Shown here one piece after another: positions 1-8,561 of a stretch of 64,000 bases of DNA. Numbering within the stretch: the first letter of the stretch is position 1; each line of letters opens with the position of its first letter. The translations under genes were made by a program, and so were the position numbers. Under the pieces are notes generated by a model. The model worked only from the letters and a program-made list of their open reading frames with translations. It was not told the DNA's origin and searched no databases. Source of the DNA: Paragordius varius (Eukaryota; Animalia; Nematomorpha); assembly GCA_964247055.1 (NCBI GenBank), contig OZ176056.1, positions 62,001 to 126,000 on the forward strand. Reading direction: 5' to 3'.

Positions 1-531
1 ATGAATTTTTTAAATATTTAAAAAATTTATTTTATACGATTTTAAAAATAAAAATGGCTACCTAAAATCCAAATTTGATCAGGTGATGTCACCATAATTT
101 TTTTTGGGTAGCCCTATGGTAGTTCCATCATCACCCCAAATATTGTCGAGATCGGAGTATAAATGTAATTTTTTTGAATTTTTTTGAATTTTTTAAATAT
201 TTAAAAAATTTATTTAATACGATTTTAAAAATAAAAATGGCTACCTAAAATCCAAATTTGATCAGGTGATGTCACCATAATTTTTTTTGGGTAGCCCTAT
301 GGTAGTTCCATTATCACCCCAAATATTTTCGAGATCGGAGTATAAATGTAATTTTTATGAATTTTTTAAATATTTAAAAAATTTATTTTATACGATTTTA
401 AAAATAAAAATGGCTACCTAAAATCCAAATTTGATCAGGTGATGTCGCCATAATTTTTTTGGGTAGCCCTATGGTAGTTCCATTATCACCCCAAATATTT
501 TCGAGATCGGAGTATAAATGTAATTTTTATG

Positions 532-555
532 AATTTTTTAAATATTTAAAAAATT
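532..555. repeat. Perfect 24-bp palindrome AATTTTTTAAATATTTAAAAAATT (m4-m27), present in most monomers
   Basis: The sequence equals its own reverse complement, with its centre at the TA step m15/m16. Confidence 0.95.
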
Positions 556-583
556 TATTTTATACGATTTTAAAAATAAAAAT

Positions 584-641
584 GGCTACCTAAAATCCAA
601 ATTTGATCAGGTGATGTCACCATAATTTTTTTTGGGTAGCC
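584..641. repeat. Intra-monomer inverted repeat GGCTACCTAAAA (m56-67) / TTTTGGGTAGCC (m102-113), enclosing a GGTGA-TG-TCACC mini-hairpin (m82-93)
   Basis: 11 of 12 positions are Watson-Crick complementary and the twelfth is a T:G pair. The inner 5-bp arms are perfectly complementary. Confidence 0.85.
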
Positions 642-1353
642 CTATGGTAGTTCCATCATCACCCCAAATATTTTCGAGATCGGAGTATAAATGTAATTTT
701 TATGAATTTTTTAAATATTTAAAAAATTTATTTTATACGATTTTAAAAATAAAAATGGCTACCTAAAATCCAAATTTGATCAGGTGATGTCACCATAATT
801 TTTTTTGGGTAGCCCTATGGTAGTTCCATCATCACCCCAAATATTGTCGAGATCGGAGTATAAATGTAATTTTTTTTAATTTTTTAAATATTTAAAAAAT
901 TTATTTAATACGATTTTAAAAATAAAAATGGCTACCTAAAATCCAAATTTGATCAGGTGATGTCACCATAATTTTTTTTGGGTAGCCCTATGGTAGTTCC
1001 ATTATCACCCCAAATATTTTCGAGATCGGAGTATAAATGTAATTTTTATGAATTTTTTAAATATTTAAAAAATTTATTTTATACGATTTTAAAAATAAAA
1101 ATGGCTACCTAAAATCCAAATTTGATCAGGTGATGTCGCCATAATTTTTTTTGGGTAGCCCTATGGTAGTTCCATCATCACCCCAAATACTTTGGGGATC
1201 GGACTATAAATGTAATTTTTATGAATTTTTTAAATATTTAAAAAATTTATTTTATACGATTTTAAAAATAAAAATGGCTACCTAAAATCCAAATATGATC
1301 AGGTGATGTCACCATTATTTTTTTTGGGTAGCCCTATGGTAGTTCCATCATCA

Positions 1354-1370
1354 CCCCAAATATTTTGGGG
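1354..1370. repeat. Class-B monomer hairpin CCCCAAA-TAT-TTTGGGG (7-bp stem, 3-nt loop), example copy
   Basis: Present only in monomers ending TTTTGGGGATCGGACTAT instead of TTTTCGAGATCGGAGTAT. Confidence 0.9.
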
Positions 1371-4300
1371 ATCGGACTATAAATGTAATTTTTATGAATT
1401 TTTTAAATATTTAAAAAATTTATTTTATACGATTTTAAAAATAAAAATGGCTACCTAAAATCCAAATTTGATCAGGTGATGTCACCATAATTTTTTTTGG
1501 GTAGCCCTATGGTAGTTCCATCATCACCCCAAATATTTTCGAGATCGGAGTATAAATGTAATTTTTATGAATTTTTTAAATATTTAAAAAATTTATTTTA
1601 TACGATTTTAAAAATAAAAATGGCTACCTAAAATCCAAATTTGATCAGGTGATGTCACTATAATTTTTTTTGGGTAGCCCTATGGATGTTCCATCATCAT
1701 CCCAAATATTTTGGGGATCGGACTATAAATGTAACTTTTATGAATTTTTTAAATATTTAAAAAATTTATTTTATACGATTTTAAAAATAAAAATGGCTAC
1801 CTAAAATCCAAATTTGATCAGGTGATGTCTCCATAATTTTTTTTGGGTAGCCCTATGGTAGTTCCATCATCATCCCAAATATTTTCGAGATCGGAGTATA
1901 AATGTATTTTTTATGAATTTATTAAATATTTAAAAATTTTATTTAATACGATTTTAAAAATAAAAATGGCTACCTAAAATCCAAATTTGATCAGGTGATG
2001 TCGCCATAATTTTTTTTGCGTAGCCCTATGGTAGTTCTATCATCACCCCAAATATTTTAAGGATCGGACTATAAATGTAATTTTTATGATTTTTTTAAAT
2101 ATTTAAAAAATTTATTTTATACGATTTTAAAAATAAAAATGGCTACCTAAAATCCAAATTTGATCAGGTGATGTCACCATAATTTTTTTTGGGTAGCCCT
2201 ATGGTAGTTCCATCATCACCCCAAATATTTTCGAGATCGGAGTATAAATGTAATTTTTATGAATTTTTTAAATATTGAAAAAATTTATTTTATACGATTT
2301 TAAAAATAAAAATGGCTACCTAAAATCCAAATTTGATCAGGTGATGTCACCATAATTTTTTTTGGGTAGCCCTATGGTAGTTCCATCATCATCCCAAATA
2401 TTTTCGAGATCGGAGTATAAATGTAATTTTTATGAATTTTTTAAATATTTAAAAAATTTATTTTATACGATTTTAAAAATAAAAATGGCTACCTAAAATC
2501 CAAATTTGATCAGGTGATGTCACTATAATTTTTTTTGGGTAGCCCTATGGTAGTTCCATCATCACCCCAAATATTTTCGAGATCGGAGTATAAATGTAAT
2601 TTTTATGAATTTTTTAAATATTTAAAAAATTTATTTTATACGATTTTAAAAATAAAAATGGCTACCTAAAATCCAAATTTGATCAGGCGATGTCACCATA
2701 ATTTTTTTGGGTAGCCCTATGGTAGTTCCATCATCACCCCAAATATTTTCGAGATCGGAGTATAAATGTAATTTTTATGAATTTTTTAAATATTTAAAAA
2801 ATTTATTTTATACGATTTTAAAAATAAAAATGGCTACCTAAAATCCAAATTTGATCAGGTGATGTCACCATAATTTTTTTTGGGTAGCCCTATGGTAGTT
2901 CCATCATCACCCCAAATATTGTCGAGATCGGAGTATAAATGTAATTTTTTTGAATTTTTTTGAATTTTTTAAATATTTAAAAAATTTATTTTATACGATT
3001 TTAAAAATAAAAATGGCTACCTAAAATCCAAATTTGATCAGGTGATGTCACTATAATTTTTTTTGGGTAGCCCTATGGTAGTTCCATCATCACCCCAAAT
3101 ATTTTGGGGATCGGACTATAAATGTAATTTTTATGAATTTTTTAAATATTTAAAAAATTTGTTTTATACGATTTTAAAAATAAAAATGGCTACCTAAAAT
3201 CCAAATTTGATCAGGTGATGTCACCATAATTTTTTTTGGGTAGCCCTATGGTAGTTCCATTATCACCCCAAATATTTTCGAGATCGGAGTATAAATGTAA
3301 TTTTTATGAATTTTTTAAATATTTAAAAAATTTATTTTATACGATTTTAAAAATAAAAATGGCTACCTAAAATCCAAATTTGATCAGGTGATGTCGCCAT
3401 AATTTTTTTTGGGTAGCCCTATGGTAGTTCCATCATCACCCCAAATATTTTGGGGATCGGACTATAAATGTAATTTTTATAAATTTTTTAAATATTTAAA
3501 AAATTTATTTTATACGATTTTAAAAATAAAAATGGCTACCTAAAATCCAAATTTGATCAGGTGATGTCACCATAATTTTTTTTGGGTAGCCCTATGGTAG
3601 TTCCATCATCACCCCAAATATTTTCGAGATCGGAGTATAAATGTAATTTTTATGAATTTTTTAAATATTTAAAAAATTTATTTTATACGATTTTAAAAAT
3701 AAAAATGGCTACCTAAAATCCAAATTTGATCAGGCGATGTCACCATAATTTTTTTGGGTAGCTCTATGGTAGTTCCATCATCACCCCAAATATTTTCGAG
3801 ATCGGAGTATAAATGTAATTTTTATGAATTTTTTAAATATTTAAAAAATTTATTTTATACGATTTTAAAAATAAAAATGGCTACCTAAAATCCAAATTTG
3901 ATCAGGTGATGTCACCATAATTTTTTTTGGGTAGCCCTATGGTAGTTCCATTATCACCCCAAATATTTTCGAGATCGGAGTATAAATGTAATTTTTATGA
4001 ATTTTTTAATTAAAAAATTTATTTTATACGATTTTAAAAATAAAAATGGCTACCTAAAATCCAAATTTGATCAGGTGATGTCGCCATAATTTTTTTTGGG
4101 TAGCCCTATGGTAGTTCCATCATCACCCCAAATACTTTGGGGATCGGACTATAAATGTAATTTTTATGAATTTTTTAAATATTTAAAAAATTTATTTTAT
4201 ACGATTTTAAAAATAAAAATGGCTACCTAAAATCCAAATATGATCAGGTGATGTCACCATTATTTTTTTTGGGTAGCCCTATGGTAGTTCCATCATCACC

Positions 4301-5785
4301 CCAAATATTTTGGGGATCGGACTATAAATGTAATTTTTATGAATTTTTTAAATATTTAAAAAATTTATTTTATACGATTTTAAAAATAAAAATGGCTACC
4401 TAAAATCCAAATTTGATCAGGTGATGTCACCATAATTTTTTTTGGGTAGCCCTATGGTAGTTCCATCATCACCCCAAATATTTTCGAGATCGGAGTATAA
4501 ATGTAATTTTTATGAATTTTTTAAATATTTAAAAAATTTATTTTATACGATTTTAAAAATAAAAATGGCTACCTAAAATCCAAATTTGATCAGGTGATGT
4601 CACTATAATTTTTTTTGGGTAGCCCTATGGATGTTCCATCATCATCCCAAATATTTTGGGGATCGGACTATAAATGTAACTTTTATGAATTTTTTAAATA
4701 TTTAAAAAATTTATTTTATACGATTTTAAAAATAAAAATGGCTACCTAAAATCCAAATTTGATCAGGTGATGTCTCCATAATTTTTTTTGGGTAGCCCTA
4801 TGGTAGTTCCATCATCATCCCAAATATTGTCGAGATCGGAGTATAAATGTATTTTTTATGAATTTTTTAAATATTTAAAAAATTTATTTAATACGATTTT
4901 AAAAATAAAAATGGCTACCTAAAATCCAAATTTGATCAGGTGATGTCGCCATAATTTTTTTTGCGTAGCCCTATGGTAGTTCCATCATCACCCCAAATAT
5001 TGTCGAGATCGGAGTATAAATGTAATTTTTTTGAATTTTTTTGAATTTTTTAAATATTTAAAAAATTTATTTAATACGATTTTAAAAATAAAAATGGCTA
5101 CCTAAAATCCAAATTTGATCAGGTGATGTCACCATAATTTTTTTTGGGTAGCCCTATGGTAGTTCCATTATCACCCCAAATATTTTCGAGATCGGAGTAT
5201 AAATGTAATTTTTATGAATTTTTTAAATATTTAAAAAATTTATTTTATACGATTTTAAAAATAAAAATGGCTACCTAAAATCCAAATTTGATCAGGTGAT
5301 GTCGCCATAATTTTTTTGGGTAGCCCTATGGTAGTTCCATTATCACCCCAAATATTTTCGAGATCGGAGTATAAATGTAATTTTTATGAATTTTTTAAAT
5401 ATTTAAAAAATTTATTTTATACGATTTTAAAAATAAAAATGGCTACCTAAAATCCAAATTTGATCAGGTGATGTCACTATAATTGTTTTTGGGTAGCCCT
5501 ATGGTAGTTCCATCATCACCCCAAATATTTTCGAGATCGGAGTATAAATGTAATTTTTATGAATTTTTTAAATATTTAAAAAATTTATTTTATACGATTT
5601 TAAAAATAAAAATGGCTACCTAAAATCCAAATTTGATCAGGCGATGTCACCATAATTTTTTTGGGTAGCCCTATGGTAGTTCCATCATCACCCCAAATAT
5701 TTTCGAGATCGGAGTATAAATGTAATTTTTATGAATTTTTTAAATATTTAAAAAATTTATTTTATACGATTTTAAAAATAAAAAT

Positions 5786-8561
5786 GGCTACCTAAAATCC
5801 AAATTTGATCAGGTGATGTCACCATAATTTTTTTTGGGTAGCCCTATGGTAGTTCCATCATCACCCCAAATATTGTCGAGATCGGAGTATAAATGTAATT
5901 TTTTTGAATTTTTTTGAATTTTTTAAATATTTAAAAAATTTATTTAATACGATTTTAAAAATAAAAATGGCTACCTAAAATCCAAATTTGATCAGGTGAT
6001 GTCACCATAATTTTTTTTGGGTAGCCCTATGGTAGTTCCATTATCACCCCAAATATTTTCGAGATCGGAGTATAAATGTAATTTTTATGAATTTTTTAAA
6101 TATTTAAAAAATTTATTTTATACGATTTTAAAAATAAAAATGGCTACCTAAAATCCAAATTTGATCAGGTGATGTCGCCATAATTTTTTTGGGTAGCCCT
6201 ATGGTAGTTCCATTATCACCCCAAATATTTTCGAGATCGGAGTATAAATGTAATTTTTATGAATTTTTTAAATATTTAAAAAATTTATTTTATACGATTT
6301 TAAAAATAAAAATGGCTACCTAAAATCCAAATTTGATCAGGTGATGTCACCATAATTTTTTTTGGGTAGCCCTATGGTAGTTCCATCATCACCCCAAATA
6401 TTTTCGAGATCGGAGTATAAATGTAATTTTTATGAATTTTTTAAATATTTAAAAAATTTATTTTATACGATTTTAAAAATAAAAATGGCTACCTAAAATC
6501 CAAATTTGATCAGGTGATGTCACCATAATTTTTTTTGGGTAGCCCTATGGTAGTTCCATCATCACCCCAAATATTGTCGAGATCGGAGTATAAATGTAAT
6601 TTTTTTTAATTTTTTAAATATTTAAAAAATTTATTTAATACGATTTTAAAAATAAAAATGGCTACCTAAAATCCAAATTTGATCAGGTGATGTCACCATA
6701 ATTTTTTTTGGGTAGCCCTATGGTAGTTCCATTATCACCCCAAATATTTTCGAGATCGGAGTATAAATGTAATTTTTATGAATTTTTTAAATATTTAAAA
6801 AATTTATTTTATACGATTTTAAAAATAAAAATGGCTACCTAAAATCCAAATTTGATCAGGTGATGTCGCCATAATTTTTTTTGGGTAGCCCTATGGTAGT
6901 TCCATCATCACCCCAAATACTTTGGGGATCGGACTATAAATGTAATTTTTATGAATTTTTTAAATATTTAAAAAATTTATTTTATACGATTTTAAAAATA
7001 AAAATGGCTACCTAAAATCCAAATATGATCAGGTGATGTCACCATTATTTTTTTTGGGTAGCCCTATGGTAGTTCCATCATCACCCCAAATATTTTGGGG
7101 ATCGGACTATAAATGTAATTTTTATGAATTTTTTAAATATTTAAAAAATTTATTTTATACGATTTTAAAAATAAAAATGGCTACCTAAAATCCAAATTTG
7201 ATCAGGTGATGTCACCATAATTTTTTTTGGGTAGCCCTATGGTAGTTCCATCATCACCCCAAATATTTTCGAGATCGGAGTATAAATGTAATTTTTATGA
7301 ATTTTTTAAATATTTAAAAAATTTATTTTATACGATTTTAAAAATAAAAATGGCTACCTAAAATCCAAATTTGATCAGGTGATGTCACTATAATTTTTTT
7401 TGGGTAGCCCTATGGATGTTCCATCATCATCCCAAATATTTTGGGGATCGGACTATAAATGTAACTTTTATGAATTTTTTAAATATTTAAAAAATTTATT
7501 TTATACGATTTTAAAAATAAAAATGGCTACCTAAAATCCAAATTTGATCAGGTGATGTCTCCATAATTTTTTTTGGGTAGCCCTATGGTAGTTCCATCAT
7601 CATCCCAAATATTTTCGAGATCGGAGTATAAATGTATTTTTTATGAATTTATTAAATATTTAAAAATTTTATTTAATACGATTTTAAAAATAAAAATGGC
7701 TACCTAAAATCCAAATTTGATCAGGTGATGTCGCCATAATTTTTTTTGCGTAGCCCTATGGTAGTTCTATCATCACCCCAAATATTTTAAGGATCGGACT
7801 ATAAATGTAATTTTTATGATTTTTTTAAATATTTAAAAAATTTATTTTATACGATTTTAAAAATAAAAATGGCTACCTAAAATCCAAATTTGATCAGGTG
7901 ATGTCACCATAATTTTTTTTGGGTAGCCCTATGGTAGTTCCATCATCACCCCAAATATTTTCGAGATCGGAGTATAAATGTAATTTTTATGAATTTTTTA
8001 AATATTGAAAAAATTTATTTTATACGATTTTAAAAATAAAAATGGCTACCTAAAATCCAAATTTGATCAGGTGATGTCACCATAATTTTTTTTGGGTAGC
8101 CCTATGGTAGTTCCATCATCATCCCAAATATTTTCGAGATCGGAGTATAAATGTAATTTTTATGAATTTTTTAAATATTTAAAAAATTTATTTTATACGA
8201 TTTTAAAAATAAAAATGGCTACCTAAAATCCAAATTTGATCAGGTGATGTCACTATAATTTTTTTTGGGTAGCCCTATGGTAGTTCCATCATCACCCCAA
8301 ATATTTTCGAGATCGGAGTATAAATGTAATTTTTATGAATTTTTTAAATATTTAAAAAATTTATTTTATACGATTTTAAAAATAAAAATGGCTACCTAAA
8401 ATCCAAATTTGATCAGGCGATGTCACCATAATTTTTTTGGGTAGCCCTATGGTAGTTCCATCATCACCCCAAATATTTTCGAGATCGGAGTATAAATGTA
8501 ATTTTTATGAATTTTTTAAATATTTAAAAAATTTATTTTATACGATTTTAAAAATAAAAAT
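5786..8561 (+). repeat. 16-monomer higher-order unit (2776 bp), copy 2, followed by a partial third start (8562-9262)
   Basis: 1-2991 matches 5731-8721 by eye. The monomers at 8562-9262 repeat those at 5786-6486. Confidence 0.9.

Larger units (their letters stand above)
529..701 (+). repeat. Exemplar consensus monomer (class A), 173 bp, 45 G+C (26% GC)
   Basis: ATGAATTTTTTAAATATTTAAAAAATTTATTTTATACGATTTTAAAAATAAAAATGGCTACCTAAAATCCAAATTTGATCAGGTGATGTCACCATAATTTTTTTTGGGTAGCCCTATGGTAGTTCCATCATCACCCCAAATATTTTCGAGATCGGAGTATAAATGTAATTTTT. It carries the majority base at every variable site I tracked. Sites per unit: BclI (TGATCA) x1, GATC x2, DraI (TTTAAA) x3, SspI (AATATT) x2. Confidence 0.95.
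56..2831 (+). repeat. 16-monomer higher-order unit (2776 bp), copy 1
   Basis: The order of rare variants (10-bp duplication, TAC loop, AAATATGATC, GGATGTT/GTAACTT, GTCTCC/ATTAAA, class C, ATTGAAAA, GGCGATG) recurs at +5730. Length check: 16x173+10-1-1=2776. Confidence 0.9.

Noticed and set aside
532-641. Rho-independent terminators or promoter boxes suggested by hairpins plus T runs and TATAAA
   Set aside because: There is no gene context. Such motifs are expected in 74% AT satellite DNA.
673-685. CENP-B box-like TTCG...CGG motif (TTCGAGATCGGAG)
   Set aside because: Spacing and bases do not fit the CENP-B core TTCG-N4-A-N2-CGGG. The resemblance is superficial.
641-690. Short resemblance of CCTATGGTAG and GATCGGACTATA to motifs I recall from Drosophila DINE-1 helitrons
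   Set aside because: The matches are only 10-12 bp, recalled from memory, and in inconsistent relative orientation. No helitron termini are visible. A Dfam search would be needed.
529-701. Assignment to a named satellite (alpha satellite, CEN178, Drosophila 1.688 or virilis-group 172-bp repeat) or to a species
   Set aside because: Only the length is similar. I recognise no sequence identity and cannot run a database search.
529-701. tRNA-, 5S rRNA- or snRNA-derived tandem gene array
   Set aside because: No cloverleaf, A/B boxes or recognisable rRNA/snRNA sequence.
644-766. 40-codon ORF in each consensus unit (MVVPSSPQIFSRSEYKCNFYEFFKYLKNLFYTILKIKMAT)
   Set aside because: Short and low in complexity. 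Common variants introduce stops (class C TTTTAA at codon 11; ATTGAAAA gives TAT TGA) or frameshifts (10-bp duplication), so there is no sign of coding constraint. Other frames on both strands are closed within about 31 codons.
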